Origin: a virus
Taxonomy: Duplodnaviria > Heunggongvirae > Uroviricota > Caudoviricetes
DNA length: 24,426 nucleotides
IMG/VR virus record: IMGVR_UViG_3300029473_000227
Span: 1 to 24,426 of that record
Strand: one strand, 5' to 3'
Position numbers and translations under genes: made by a program. Below are positions 1-10,001 of this stretch, piece by piece. The first letter of the stretch is position 1. Each line of letters starts with the position of its first letter. Below the pieces are notes generated by a model that was not told where the DNA came from, ran no database searches, and saw only the letters and a list, made by a program, of their open reading frames with translations.

Positions 1-459
1 ATGAACAGAGTAACCGCGATTATCTCCGCTCTGGTTATCTGCATCATCGTTTGCCTGTCATTGGCTGTTAATCATTACCGTGATAACGCAATCGCCTACA
101 AAGAGCAGCGCGATAACAAGGCCAGTGAACTGGAGAAGGCGAACGCCACCATCGCTGACATGCGGAAGCGTCAACGTGATGTAGCAGAACTCGACGCAAG
201 ATACACAAAGGAGCTTGCTGATGCTAACGCGACTATCGAAAGTCTCCGTGCTGATGTTTCTGCTGGGCGTAAGCGCCTGCAAGTCGCCGCCACCTGTGCA
301 AAGTCAACGACCGGAGCCAGCGGCATGGGCGATGGAGAAAGCCCAAGACTTACAGCAGATGCTGAACTCAATTATTACCGTCTCCGAAGTGGAATCGACA
401 GGATAACCGCGCAGGTTGACTACCTGCAGGAATACATCAGGACGCAATGCCTTCGATGA
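1..459 (+). CDS. Rz: i-spanin Rz (P22 gene 15 equivalent)
   Basis: 152 aa; N-terminal membrane anchor [29 protein letters not shown] followed by a coiled-coil region; closely resembles lambda Rz as recalled; embedded +1-frame lipoprotein ORF. Confidence 0.9.
   Translation: MNRVTAIISALVICIIVCLSLAVNHYRDNAIAYKEQRDNKASELEKANATIADMRKRQRDVAELDARYTKELADANATIESLRADVSAGRKRLQVAATCAKSTTGASGMGDGESPRLTADAELNYYRLRSGIDRITAQVDYLQEYIRTQCLR
221..406 (+). CDS. Rz1: o-spanin Rz1, outer-membrane lipoprotein embedded in the +1 frame of Rz
   Basis: ATG at 221 preceded by AAAGGAG at 207-213; lipobox LLGVSAC; proline-rich ([12 protein letters not shown]); entirely inside Rz. The ORF track starts at a TTG at 215; the ATG at 221 is preferred. 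Confidence 0.8.
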   Translation: MLTRLSKVSVLMFLLGVSACKSPPPVQSQRPEPAAWAMEKAQDLQQMLNSIITVSEVESTG

Positions 460-633
460 TAGCGATAATTTTACTCATCATCCTTCACATCTGGCTCTGT
501 AGACAGGGTGGTGATCACTTCTGGAGTAAATCCAGATTAAACATCTCATTGCTGATGCTTGATATTGAGCATCTGGCGCGCGGTAAGGGGCTGCGTTGAG
601 ATAAGAGCCAGTTCATTACAAATACCAGGATTT

Positions 634-658
634 AGCCTCGCATTCGCGGGGCTTTTTT
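634..658 (+). terminator. Rho-independent terminator downstream of the lysis genes
   Basis: 8-bp stem agcctcgc / gcggggct (one G-U pair), 4-nt loop attc, followed by a 6-T run. Confidence 0.6.
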
Positions 659-802
659 ATATCTGAATTTCACAGCGCATCTCACGCGCATATTAACGAG
701 AGCCTTTCAGTAAGCGAGCCTGAGAAATGCCGTTATAGGTGGCGACCTCTCTCGGGCGGCTTTTCTGTGAGACAGGCTCACTTTCTAAAAGGTAAAGACG
801 CT

Positions 803-1321
803 ATGAATCATCAATTGGCTAATCTCGATTTCCGGGACATGGTGGTTGTTTCTGGTGATCGCGTGATCACAACCTCCCGCAAGGTAGCAGCTTACTTCGA
901 CAAGCAGCATCACCACATCATTCAGAAAATCGAAAAGCTAGACTGTTCGGATGAATTTCTAACCAGCAACTTTTCGCGGGTTACCTATGAACACAAGGGT
1001 AATCAGTATGTTGAATATGAAATTTCCAAAGACGGCGCGATGTACATCATCATGTCGTTTACCGGCAAAAAAGCTGCCGCCATCAAAGAGGCGTTTATCA
1101 AAGCATTTAATTGGATGCGTGACAGGCTGATGGAGATGGCTCACTCATACCAAAGAGAGCACAACGAGTTAATGCTGGAGTTCATGAAGGAAAAGGATGT
1201 TGCCAGTATGTCAGGACGCTTGCTGAACCGCTGGGGCAGGATCAAAAAACCGCAACTCATAGCAAGAATCGAAAGGCTTGAGCAGCAGGCGCAAATATCG
1301 ATCCCCGGACTGCCAAAGTGA
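803..1321 (+). CDS. rha: Rha-family phage regulatory protein
   Basis: 172 aa from ATG 803 (the ORF track starts at GTG 767); Rha-type pattern (TTSRKVAAYF...NFSRVTYEHKGNQYVEYEISKDGAMYIIMSFTGKKAAAIKEAFIKAFN); lies between lysis and terminase genes as in P22. Confidence 0.75.
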   Translation: MNHQLANLDFRDMVVVSGDRVITTSRKVAAYFDKQHHHIIQKIEKLDCSDEFLTSNFSRVTYEHKGNQYVEYEISKDGAMYIIMSFTGKKAAAIKEAFIKAFNWMRDRLMEMAHSYQREHNELMLEFMKEKDVASMSGRLLNRWGRIKKPQLIARIERLEQQAQISIPGLPK

Positions 1322-1607
1322 CCATTCCAAAGCCCATCTACGGGTGGGCTTGATAATGAAACCAGAATTTATTCTGGGCAACCAGTTACGGCAGTACCAC
1401 GAAACAACCCAAGCCAGTAAGTGGGGAAATAACACTGGCAGCCACTGAAAGATGAACCTCCTGCCTTATGGCAAAAAAGATTCTTTGTGGTGGCAGACTG
1501 ATGGAAAGACATCGGATAGAATAAAACAGTGGCTAGGGTAGCTCCCGAAAAGCGGAATCGTCACCGCCAGCCACTGAATCTATGACGAACAACTAGACGA
1601 GGTTGAT

Positions 1608-1850
1608 ATGAGTGAAATTGATAAAATAATAAATGGTACATGTAACTTTCAATCAATGCCGCCAGGTAGTTATGTAAAACAATGTAGTGAAATAGTTAAT
1701 GGTCAGCTTGTAATGTCAAATGCAGGACGCGGAGTTTCTGCGGATGAAAAAAAATCAATAAATGAAGCCCTGTTAAGCATCAATGTTTTTGACTTGTTTC
1801 GCCCATCTTGGGTTATCTTGCAAAATAGTAACCAATTCCCACATTATTGA
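1608..1850 (+). CDS. hypothetical protein, AT-rich moron
   Basis: 80 aa; GAGG at 1599-1602 with 5-nt spacing to ATG; markedly AT-rich compared with flanks; followed by a weak terminator-like hairpin. No family recognised. Confidence 0.55.
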   Translation: MSEIDKIINGTCNFQSMPPGSYVKQCSEIVNGQLVMSNAGRGVSADEKKSINEALLSINVFDLFRPSWVILQNSNQFPHY

Positions 1851-1867
1851 TAATTAATTATTAAATT

Positions 1868-1890
1868 GGTCGCTAAGTCGGCCTTTTTTA
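1868..1890 (+). terminator. possible weak intrinsic terminator after the moron ORF
   Basis: 5-bp stem ggtcg / cggcc (one G-U), loop ctaagt, then TTTTTTA. Confidence 0.35.
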
Positions 1891-1996
1891 TTGCCATCAC
1901 AAAAGCCATTCCCTACAGAGTGGCTTTGATAATGGCTTATACCCTACACGGGATAACTTAACTGATATCCCTTTTAACGGATAAACGGAGCCAACA

Positions 1997-2239
1997 ATGG
2001 CAGAGATTATTCCCATGACTGAAGAACAGAAATTCCAGTTAGAGGTTTACAAACTGGTCATGAACCAGAACGCAGCCGCAGAAGAAGCATTTCAGTTCAT
2101 TGGTACTGACGAGCTGAAGCTTGAGCTATTCAAAATTCACTTCCAGTCAGGCGGCGCTAATTCAGATATCACGACCCGCACTATCGAAGCGGTGCGTAAA
2201 TCGAAGGAAGCGTTAGACCTGTTCACCGCTGGAGTGTGA
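1997..2239 (+). CDS. hypothetical acidic helical protein; stop lies 1 nt before the HExxH ORF start
   Basis: 80 aa; GGAG at 1987-1990, 6 nt before ATG; stop 2237-2239 and next ATG at 2241. Confidence 0.6.
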   Translation: MAEIIPMTEEQKFQLEVYKLVMNQNAAAEEAFQFIGTDELKLELFKIHFQSGGANSDITTRTIEAVRKSKEALDLFTAGV

Positions 2240-2240
2240 T

Positions 2241-2630
2241 ATGGCTAAGGCCAAATGGCACAAACTCCCGGCGTTCACCATTCCGCTGTTTCAAAGTGCA
2301 CACGTCTACCTCGCAACAACCAGAGAACAGTTTCAGCACGCTGATAAATTCCTTGGCGGCAGCGGGGATGAGAAGCCATTCAATCTTGGGCTTGCAAGCA
2401 ACTATGAAAACACTGATACGGGTGAGCGATGCTATCTGATTGGAGTATTCGATCAGCAGATCGCTACGCTCGTTCATGAGTGCGCCCACGTCTGCTTTTA
2501 CGTTTGCTCTGATGTCGGCGTGACGACAAGGCCTGAAGATGCCAACGAGACGTACTGTTACATGCTGGACAGGATGGTTAATCACTTCCTGCCATTCATT
2601 CAGGAGAAACAAGATGCATCACTGGAATAA
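2241..2630 (+). CDS. HExxH zinc-metallopeptidase-like protein, possibly ImmA/IrrE (COG2856) family
   Basis: 129 aa; GGAG 6 nt upstream; motif LVHECAHV followed 17 residues later by EDANETY, reminiscent of the HExxH...E-x-EAN signature. Family assignment is from motif memory only. Confidence 0.6.
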   Translation: MAKAKWHKLPAFTIPLFQSAHVYLATTREQFQHADKFLGGSGDEKPFNLGLASNYENTDTGERCYLIGVFDQQIATLVHECAHVCFYVCSDVGVTTRPEDANETYCYMLDRMVNHFLPFIQEKQDASLE

Positions 2631-2808
2631 TCAATCCCCTTATTGCCAATGCCAACGCTGCCCGTGCTGCGGGAAGATTGTTAACCAATTTACTGGCAAC
2701 AATTTCTTCAAGACTGGTTATGGATATGGTGTTGCGGGTAGCATTAATTGCTCTGGGGCTGCTGCTGAAACGACATCAAACACAGGCAAGCAGGAAGGAG
2801 CTAAGTAA
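2614..2808 (+). CDS. small cysteine-rich protein (CxCxxCxCC), putative zinc knuckle
   Basis: 64 aa; AGGAGA at 2602-2607, 6 nt before ATG; overlaps the HExxH ORF 3' end by 17 nt. The overlapping alternative frame (2678-2869) is an alternative reading. Confidence 0.4.
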   Translation: MHHWNNQSPYCQCQRCPCCGKIVNQFTGNNFFKTGYGYGVAGSINCSGAAAETTSNTGKQEGAK

Positions 2809-2897
2809 TGGTAATCAACGTTTGTTCAGGCTCTCAGGGCTTCGACAACCCATCCAAATTCCGCGATGAATGGGATAAGCAAGCAGAAGGGAAATAA
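2808..2897 (+). CDS. candidate 29-aa micro-ORF ([29 protein letters not shown]) upstream of terS
   Basis: AAGGAG at 2795-2800 with 7-nt spacing; ATG overlaps the previous stop (TAATG); ends 5 nt before the terS ATG. Too short for the ORF track. Confidence 0.25.
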   Translation: MVINVCSGSQGFDNPSKFRDEWDKQAEGK

Positions 2898-2902
2898 TCA
2901 AT

Positions 2903-3391
2903 ATGGCAGCACCAAAGGGCAACCGATTTTGGGAGGCCCGCAGTAGTCATGGGCGAAATCCTAAATTCGAATCGCCTGAGGCGCTGTGGGCTGCTTGTTG
3001 TGAATACTTCGAGTGGGCTGATGATAACCCGTTATGGGAGGGTAAGGTATTTTCATATCAGGGAGAAATAATTAAGGCTAATGTCCCTAAGATGCGAGCC
3101 ATGACTATTTCAGGATTGTGTACCTTCCTTGATATCACCAGGCAAACATGGGGAACCTTCCGGTCAATGGAAGGTTTTTCTGACGTCACATCACGAGCGG
3201 AAGACATCATCTACGACCAGAAATTCTCTGGCGCAGCCGCTGACCTTCTCAACGCTAACATCATCGCCCGTGATTTGGGCCTCAAAGAGCAGTCGCAAGT
3301 TGAAGACGTGACACCTGATAAGGGAGATCGCGATAAGCGGCGCTCTCGTATCAAGGAGCTATTCAACCGTGGAACTGGACGCGATTCTTGA
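2903..3391 (+). CDS. terminase small subunit (P22 gp3-like)
   Basis: 162 aa, the same length as P22 gp3; N-terminus [38 protein letters not shown] and C-terminus [18 protein letters not shown] match recalled P22 gp3; central region diverged. Confidence 0.93.
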   Translation: MAAPKGNRFWEARSSHGRNPKFESPEALWAACCEYFEWADDNPLWEGKVFSYQGEIIKANVPKMRAMTISGLCTFLDITRQTWGTFRSMEGFSDVTSRAEDIIYDQKFSGAAADLLNANIIARDLGLKEQSQVEDVTPDKGDRDKRRSRIKELFNRGTGRDS

Positions 3392-4868
3392 TAACCTGAG
3401 CGACGAAGAGCAAATCGAGTTGCTCGAGCTACTCGAAGAAGAAGAGAACTACCGGAACACACACCTGCTATATGAATTTACGCCATACAGCAAACAGCGT
3501 GAGTTCATCGACGCCGGGCATGACTATCCAGAGCGCTGTTTTATGGCTGGTAACCAGCTTGGTAAGTCATTTACTGGTGCTGCTGAAGTCGCGTTTCACC
3601 TTACCGGGCGTTATCCTGGCACAAAAGGCTATCCTGCTGATGGTAAATATGGCGGTGAGTGGAAAGGTAAGCGTTTCTATGAGCCTGTTGTCTTCTGGAT
3701 TGGCGGCGAGACAAACGAGACGGTAACCAAAACGACTCAACGCATCCTGTGCGGTCGTATTGAAGAGAATGATGAGCCGGGCTACGGTTCAATACCGAAA
3801 GAGGACATCATTAGCTGGAAGAAGTCTCCTTTCTTTCCGAACCTTGTTGATCATCTTCTGGTTAAGCATCACACGGCTGATGGCGTTGAAGATGGCATTT
3901 CAATCTGCTACTTCAAACCATACTCGCAAGGCCGCGCTCGCTGGCAGGGTGACACAATCCACGGCGTGTGGTTTGACGAAGAGCCACCATACAGCATTTA
4001 TGGCGAAGGTCTTACCCGTACCAACAAATACGGGCAATTCTCAATTCTGACGTTTACCCCGCTGATGGGGATGTCTGACGTTGTTACCAAGTTCCTGAAG
4101 AATCCCAGCAAGTCGCAGAAAGTGGTCAACATGACCATCTACGACGCTGAGCACTACACAGACGAACAGAAAGAGCAAATCATCGCATCTTATCCTGAGC
4201 ATGAGAGAGAGGCGCGTGCTCGCGGTATTCCTACGATGGGTAGTGGTCGAATCTTCCAGATACCGGAAGAGACAATTAAGTGTCAGCCGTTCGAGTGTCC
4301 TGATCACTTCTACGTAATTGGCGGGATGGATTTCGGATGGGATCACCCACAGGCGCAGGTTCAGCTTTGGTGGGATAAGGACGCAGACACAATCTACGTT
4401 TCACGCGTGTGGAAGGCGAAAGAAAAGACAGCCGTTCAGGCGTGGGGAGCTGTTAAATCATGGGCGCATAAAGTGCCAACAGCATGGCCTCATGACGGAA
4501 ACCAGCACGAGAAGGGCGGCGGTGAGCAGCTCAAAGGGCAGTATGCCGACGCTGGTTTTATGATGTTGCAGGAGCATGCGACATGGCCTGATGGCGGTAA
4601 TGCTGTGGAGCCTGGCATCACTGAATTGCGCGACATGATGCTCGATGGTCGCTTCAAAGTATTCAACACCTGTGAGCCATTCTTTGAGGAGTTCCGCCTC
4701 TATCACCGTGATGAAAACGGGAAGATCGTCAAGCTTAACGACGATGTTCTCTCAGCCGTTCGCTATGCATACATGATGCGCCGCTTCGCCAAAATGATGC
4801 GCGACATCAAAAAACCAAAAGAGAAAAAGATACCAGCCCCAATCAGGCCCATCGCACGGAGAACTTAA
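3369..4868 (+). CDS. terminase large subunit (P22 gp2-like)
   Basis: 499 aa from GTG 3369, overlapping the terS 3' end as in P22; N-terminus [37 protein letters not shown]; same length as P22 gp2. Confidence 0.93.
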   Translation: MELDAILDNLSDEEQIELLELLEEEENYRNTHLLYEFTPYSKQREFIDAGHDYPERCFMAGNQLGKSFTGAAEVAFHLTGRYPGTKGYPADGKYGGEWKGKRFYEPVVFWIGGETNETVTKTTQRILCGRIEENDEPGYGSIPKEDIISWKKSPFFPNLVDHLLVKHHTADGVEDGISICYFKPYSQGRARWQGDTIHGVWFDEEPPYSIYGEGLTRTNKYGQFSILTFTPLMGMSDVVTKFLKNPSKSQKVVNMTIYDAEHYTDEQKEQIIASYPEHEREARARGIPTMGSGRIFQIPEETIKCQPFECPDHFYVIGGMDFGWDHPQAQVQLWWDKDADTIYVSRVWKAKEKTAVQAWGAVKSWAHKVPTAWPHDGNQHEKGGGEQLKGQYADAGFMMLQEHATWPDGGNAVEPGITELRDMMLDGRFKVFNTCEPFFEEFRLYHRDENGKIVKLNDDVLSAVRYAYMMRRFAKMMRDIKKPKEKKIPAPIRPIARRT

Positions 4869-7034
4869 ATGGCCGACGAAAACAGACTCAATTCCATTCT
4901 GTGTAAGTTTGACGCAGACTGGATGGCGAGCGATGAAGCCAGAACCGAGGCGACAAATGACCTGTATTTTAGCCGAGTGTCGCAATGGGATGACTGGCTA
5001 TCAAACTACACGACTCTGCAATATCGCGGACAATTCGATGTTGTTCGCCCGGTGGTCAGGAAACTGGTCGCAGAGATGCGCCGGAACCCTATCGACGTTC
5101 TCTTCCGACCCAAAGACGGTGCTAATCCTGATGCAGCCGATGTGTTGATGGGGATGTATCGTACTGATATGCGCCATAACACGGCAAAGATTGCCGTTAA
5201 CGTTGGCGTTCGTGAGCAGATAGAGTCCGGCGTTGGTGCATGGCGCCTGGTCACACAGTACGAAGACAACGACCCAACAAGCAACAATCAGGTAATCCGA
5301 CGCCTGCCAATCCATGAAGCCTGCTCACACGTCATATGGGACGCCAACAGCAAGCAGATGGATAAGAGCGACGCTAAGCACTGCACGGTGATTAACGCTT
5401 TGTCACGCAATGGTTGGAAAGAGTTCGCAGAGGATTACGGTATTGATCCTGACACCTTGCCATCTTTCCAGAATCCGAACGATACATGGCTGTTTCCGTG
5501 GGTATCGAATGATGTCGTCTACGTCGCTGAGTATTACGAGGTCGAAGAGAAGAAAGAGAAAGTCTTCATCTACCGCGACCCGCTGACAGGTGAGCCGGTC
5601 AGCTATTACCAGCAGGATATCAAAGACGTCATCGACGACCTGGCTAATCGTGGATTCATTAAGGTAGCAGAGCGCAAGGTGAAGCGTCGGCGTGTGTATA
5701 AGTCGATCATCACCTGTACGCAGATACTGAAAGACCGCGAGAAGATAGCAGGAGAGCATATTCCAATCGTTCCAGTGTATGGTGAATGGTCATTCGCTGG
5801 TGACAAGGAGTGCTACGAAGGAGTAGTAAGGCTGACGAAAGACGGGCAGCGACTTCGCAACATGATTATGTCGTTCAACGCCGACATCGTGGCGCGGAAC
5901 CCTCAGAAGAAACCTTTCTTCTATCCAGAGCAGATTGCCGGTTATGAGCACATGTACGGTGGCGATGACGCCTATCCGTACTATCTCATCAATCGCACTG
6001 ATGAAAACGGAGCTGATCTACCGCCAACGCCAGTTGCGTACATGGAGGAGCCTCAGGTTCCGCAGGCCAACGCCTACATGCTTGAGGCCGCCACCGCTGC
6101 AGTGAAGGAAGTCGCTAGCCTTGGCGTTGATGCTGAGGCTGCAAACGGGCAGGTGGCTTTCGATACCGTCAATCAACTGAACATGCGGGCAGACCTTGAG
6201 ACATACGTGTTTCAGGATAACCTGGCTACCGCAATGCGGCGTGATGGCGAGATTTATGCCTCAATGGTCAATGATATTTATGACGTTCCTCGTCATGTAA
6301 CGCTGACACTTGAAGATGGAAGCGAGAAAGACGTTCAACTCTACGCGCAAGTTGTCGATTACCAGTCCGGCAATGTGGTCACACTCAACGACATTCGTGG
6401 TCGCTATGAGTGCTATACGGACGTTGGGCCATCCTTCCAGAGCATGAAGGAACAGAACCGCGCAGAGATTCAGGAGTTACTAACCAAGGTTCCGCAAGGT
6501 ACTCCAGAGTTCCAGATGCTGATGCTGCAATACTTCACGCTGCTTGACGGTAAAGGCGTCGAGATGATGCGAGAGTACGCGAACAAGCAACTGGTGATGA
6601 TGGGGCTGAAGAAACCAGAAACACCTGAAGAGATGGAGATGGTACAGCAGGCTCAACAGCAGCCGCAGCAGCCATCAGCAGAGCAAATTCAGGCGCAGGG
6701 TATCCTTCTGCAAGGTCAGGCTGAATTGCTCAAGGCAGAGAACCAACAGGCGCAGATTCAGGTTGAAGCCGCCAAGGTTGAAGCCCAAAACCAACTCAAC
6801 GCCGCGAAGATTGCGGAAATCTTCAACAATATGGACCTCGACAAGCAGGCAGAACTGCGTGAGTACCTCAAGCTCGTAGGTCAATTCCAGCAACAGCGCA
6901 GCAAAGATGCTCGTGCTAACGCTGAGCTGCTTCTTAAAGATGCAGACCAGACTCATTCACAACGCATGGATTTCGCGAATCTTATGCGTCAAGTTCAAAT
7001 CCCCTCCGGCGGAGTAGCCGAGACACCTCAATAA
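4869..7034 (+). CDS. portal protein (P22 gp1-like)
   Basis: 721 aa; ATG immediately after the terL stop; glutamine- and alanine-rich C-terminal helical barrel region ([18 protein letters not shown]...) as in the P22 portal. Confidence 0.93.
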   Translation: MADENRLNSILCKFDADWMASDEARTEATNDLYFSRVSQWDDWLSNYTTLQYRGQFDVVRPVVRKLVAEMRRNPIDVLFRPKDGANPDAADVLMGMYRTDMRHNTAKIAVNVGVREQIESGVGAWRLVTQYEDNDPTSNNQVIRRLPIHEACSHVIWDANSKQMDKSDAKHCTVINALSRNGWKEFAEDYGIDPDTLPSFQNPNDTWLFPWVSNDVVYVAEYYEVEEKKEKVFIYRDPLTGEPVSYYQQDIKDVIDDLANRGFIKVAERKVKRRRVYKSIITCTQILKDREKIAGEHIPIVPVYGEWSFAGDKECYEGVVRLTKDGQRLRNMIMSFNADIVARNPQKKPFFYPEQIAGYEHMYGGDDAYPYYLINRTDENGADLPPTPVAYMEEPQVPQANAYMLEAATAAVKEVASLGVDAEAANGQVAFDTVNQLNMRADLETYVFQDNLATAMRRDGEIYASMVNDIYDVPRHVTLTLEDGSEKDVQLYAQVVDYQSGNVVTLNDIRGRYECYTDVGPSFQSMKEQNRAEIQELLTKVPQGTPEFQMLMLQYFTLLDGKGVEMMREYANKQLVMMGLKKPETPEEMEMVQQAQQQPQQPSAEQIQAQGILLQGQAELLKAENQQAQIQVEAAKVEAQNQLNAAKIAEIFNNMDLDKQAELREYLKLVGQFQQQRSKDARANAELLLKDADQTHSQRMDFANLMRQVQIPSGGVAETPQ

Positions 7035-7047
7035 GAGAGAGTTAACC

Positions 7048-7959
7048 ATGGACCAAACCACCGACATTCAGGCTTCTGAAGAATTAACCCTGCCCGGCAA
7101 TCATGCAGCGGCATCTGCTGATGGCTTAGTTGTCGATAATGCCAACGACATCGCAGGTCAGGAAGAAGGCTTCGAGATTGTCCTGAAAGACGATGAGAAA
7201 CCAAAACAAGACCCGGCAACTAATGCTGAATTTGCCCGTCGCCGCATCGAACGCAAACGCCAGCGTGAGCTTGAGCAGCAGATGGAAGCGGTTAAGCGTG
7301 GAGAGTTGCCGGAGCACCTGCGGGTGAACCCTGAGTTACCAAAACAACCAGACCCTAACGATTATCTTTCCGAAGATGCGCTGGCTAAGTACGACTATGA
7401 CCAGAGCCGCGCACTGGCTGCCTTCCAGCAGGCAAACAGTGAATGGCAGATCAAGGCTATGGACGCACGAAGCCAGGCTGTCGCCGAGCAGGGTCGCAAA
7501 ACTCAGGAGTTCACCCAGCAATCAGCGCAATACGTCGAGGCAGCCCGTAAGCACTACGACGCAGCGGAAAAGCTCAATATCCCTGACTATCAGGAGAAAG
7601 AGGATGCATTCATGCAACTGGTGCCGCCAGCAGTCGGTGCCGACATCATGCGCCTCTTCCCGGAGAAATCCGCTGCTCTCATGTATCACCTTGGTGCTAA
7701 TCCTGAGAAAACACGCCAGTTGCTGGCGATGGACGGGCAATCCGCGCTGATTGAACTCACTCGACTGTCAGAACGTTTAACTCTCAAGCCTCGAGCCAAG
7801 CCTGTTTCAGAAGCCCCGTTACCTGATGAACCCATTCATGGACACGCTGTTGCTGCAAATATCTCTGCGATTGAAAAGCAGATGGAAGCGGCAGCAAACA
7901 AAGGGGATGTAGAGACGTACCGCAAGCTCAAGGCGCAACTGAATAAAGGAATTCGATAA
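7048..7959 (+). CDS. scaffolding protein (P22 gp8-like)
   Basis: 303 aa (P22 gp8 is 303 aa); acidic, helical, charged; positioned between portal and coat. Confidence 0.9.
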   Translation: MDQTTDIQASEELTLPGNHAAASADGLVVDNANDIAGQEEGFEIVLKDDEKPKQDPATNAEFARRRIERKRQRELEQQMEAVKRGELPEHLRVNPELPKQPDPNDYLSEDALAKYDYDQSRALAAFQQANSEWQIKAMDARSQAVAEQGRKTQEFTQQSAQYVEAARKHYDAAEKLNIPDYQEKEDAFMQLVPPAVGADIMRLFPEKSAALMYHLGANPEKTRQLLAMDGQSALIELTRLSERLTLKPRAKPVSEAPLPDEPIHGHAVAANISAIEKQMEAAANKGDVETYRKLKAQLNKGIR

Positions 7960-9254
7960 TGGCATTAAATGAAGGTCAACTGGTCACGTATGCTCTGGAT
8001 GAAATCATCGAAACCGCCCAGAACCTGACGCCAATGGCGTCCAAAGTGACAAAATACACCCCTCCGGCAGAATCCATGCAGCGTTCAAGCAACACCGTGT
8101 GGATGCCTGTTGAGCAGGAAGCGCCAACCCAGACTGGCTGGGATTTAACTGGCAACGCAACAGGGATTCTGGAACTCTCCGTGAAATGCAACATGGGCGA
8201 TCCGGATAACGATTTCTTCGAGCTTCGTGCAGATGACCTGCGTGATGAGCGTTCTTACCGTCGCCGCATCCAGGCATCCGCTAAAAAACTGGCGAATAAC
8301 ATTGAGTCAGCAATTGCCAAACAGGCAACTGAAATGGGCTCACTTGTTGTTCACGATACCCGAGCAATTGGTCCATCTACTGGCCTGTCTGGCTGGGATT
8401 TTGTGTCTGATGCAGAGCGCCTGATGTTCTCCCGTGAGCTAAACCGCGATATGGGCATCAGTTACTTCCTGAACCCTGACGATTACCGCAAAGCGGGCCG
8501 CAACCTGGTAGATGGTGACATCTTCGGGCGCGTTCCTGAAGATGCATATCACAACGGTACTATTCAGCGTCAGATTGCTGGCTTTGATGAAATTCTTCGC
8601 TCACCGAAACTTCCGGCAGTTACCAAGTCAACCGCTACTGGTGTAACTGTTTCTGGTGCGCAGAAGTTTAAGCCGCAGGCATACACCCTTGATACCGATG
8701 GTAACAAAGAGAACGTCGACAACCGTGTTGCAACGGTGACCGTATCCTCCACCACCGGATTTAAGCGCGGCGACAAAATCAGCTTCACTGGTGTGAAATT
8801 CCTGTCTCAGATGGCGAAGAACGTGCTGACTGATGATGCGACTTTCTCAATCACCCGTGTGATCGATGGTACTCATATCGAAATCACGCCGAAACCGATT
8901 GCACTGGATGACGCGTCACTGACAAAAGAAGAGAAGGCTTACGCTAACGTAAACACCTCTCTTGCTGATACCACTCCGGTAAACGTTCTGAACGTGGCAA
9001 CAACCACCGCTAACGTGTTCTGGGCTGATGACTCAATCCGCCTGCTGTCTCAGCCGATTCCGGTAACCCATGAACTGTTTGCTGGCATGAAAACGTCTTC
9101 CTTCAGCATTCCAGGCATTGGTGTTAACGGCATCTTCGCAACGCAGGGTGATATCAACACTCTGTCTGGTAAGTGCCGTATTGCTGTGTGGTATTCAGCA
9201 TGTGCTGTACGACCAGAGGCAATTGGTGTTGGTCTGCCTAACCAGACTGCGTGA
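7959..9254 (+). CDS. major coat protein (P22 gp5-like)
   Basis: 431 aa; start overlaps the scaffold stop (TAATG); synteny and size match P22 gp5. Confidence 0.93.
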   Translation: MALNEGQLVTYALDEIIETAQNLTPMASKVTKYTPPAESMQRSSNTVWMPVEQEAPTQTGWDLTGNATGILELSVKCNMGDPDNDFFELRADDLRDERSYRRRIQASAKKLANNIESAIAKQATEMGSLVVHDTRAIGPSTGLSGWDFVSDAERLMFSRELNRDMGISYFLNPDDYRKAGRNLVDGDIFGRVPEDAYHNGTIQRQIAGFDEILRSPKLPAVTKSTATGVTVSGAQKFKPQAYTLDTDGNKENVDNRVATVTVSSTTGFKRGDKISFTGVKFLSQMAKNVLTDDATFSITRVIDGTHIEITPKPIALDDASLTKEEKAYANVNTSLADTTPVNVLNVATTTANVFWADDSIRLLSQPIPVTHELFAGMKTSSFSIPGIGVNGIFATQGDINTLSGKCRIAVWYSACAVRPEAIGVGLPNQTA

Positions 9255-9262
9255 TAACCAGA

Positions 9263-9284
9263 GGGAGCTTCGGCTCCCTTTTTT
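9263..9284 (+). terminator. Rho-independent terminator/attenuator immediately after the coat gene
   Basis: Stem gggagc / gctccc, loop ttcg, six T residues; begins 9 nt after the coat stop. Confidence 0.7.
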
Positions 9285-9298
9285 ATCTGGAGACAAGC

Positions 9299-9523
9299 AT
9301 GACACACATGATCTTTCGTCATGGCGACATGAAGAAGTGGAAAGGCGTTGGCTACGACTTTGAAATCGTGAAAGCCGAAGAGCTTCAGGAATATCTGGAT
9401 GCTGGCTGGTTTTCACATCCTGATGACCTTTTGAAGGATGTTGCAGAGCCAGAAGAAAAACAGCGTAAAAAGCCCGGTCGAAAACCTAAGGCGGCAGCAG
9501 ATGAACCTGACAACGAAGGGTGA
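9299..9523 (+). CDS. small hypothetical protein with a lysine-rich C-terminal tail
   Basis: 74 aa from ATG 9299 (GGAG 9289-9292). The ORF-track GTG start at 9251 would run through the terminator and is rejected. 3' end overlaps gp4. Confidence 0.5.
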   Translation: MTHMIFRHGDMKKWKGVGYDFEIVKAEELQEYLDAGWFSHPDDLLKDVAEPEEKQRKKPGRKPKAAADEPDNEG

Positions 9524-10001
9524 TTTAGTTCTTGCGGCATTACGTAAGCTCGGTGTGGCATCAAATGCCACGTTAACCGATGTCGAACCGCAGTCTATGG
9601 AAGATGGTGTCAACGACCTTGAAATGATGATGGCGGAATGGCTTGGCGGTGATGCGTCACCAGGTATCAACGTTGGCTACATTTTCGCTGATGCAGATGT
9701 CGCTCCAGATCCTGGCGATGAACACGGTTTATCAAATAACGCTATCAATGCCGTCATTTTCAACCTTGCCTGCCGCATTGCTCCGGATTATGCGCTGGAA
9801 GCGTCTGCAAAACTTATAACCACTGCCAGATACGGGAAAGAGCGACTCGTCAAACTGTCTGCAATGGACAGAGCAAAAGCCGCAAAATGTAAGTCCGGTT
9901 ATCCAAATCGTATGCCTGTTGGCAGTGGAAACCAGTTGGCGAAGTGGAACGGTTGGAATTACTTCCACCGAAAGGAACCTTGCGATAACGGGAGCAAATA
10001 A
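9501..10001 (+). CDS. gp4-like tail accessory (head-closure) protein
   Basis: 166 aa, same as P22 gp4; N-terminus [33 protein letters not shown] resembles recalled P22 gp4. Confidence 0.88.
   Translation: MNLTTKGDLVLAALRKLGVASNATLTDVEPQSMEDGVNDLEMMMAEWLGGDASPGINVGYIFADADVAPDPGDEHGLSNNAINAVIFNLACRIAPDYALEASAKLITTARYGKERLVKLSAMDRAKAAKCKSGYPNRMPVGSGNQLAKWNGWNYFHRKEPCDNGSK

Noticed and set aside
1330-1351. Hairpin after rha (aagccca...tgggctt) as a terminator
   Set aside because: The 7-bp stem is clear but no U-tract follows, so it is not called an intrinsic terminator; it could be an RNA stability or processing element.
1211-1435. 74-aa minus-strand ORF overlapping the rha 3' end
   Set aside because: Antisense to rha over half its length, with no start signals; the intergenic hairpin at 1330-1351 explains the local structure better.
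2678-2869. Alternative-frame 63-aa ORF with a hydrophobic segment overlapping the Cys-rich ORF
   Set aside because: It starts at TTG, and its internal ATG at 2720 has no Shine-Dalgarno; it uses rarer codons (AGG, CGA). It is kept only as an alternative reading, since the frames cannot be separated without comparative data.
9251-9298. GTG-initiated extension of the post-coat ORF
   Set aside because: It would require translating straight through the terminator hairpin and overlaps the coat stop. The ATG at 9299 with a GGAG RBS is the credible start.
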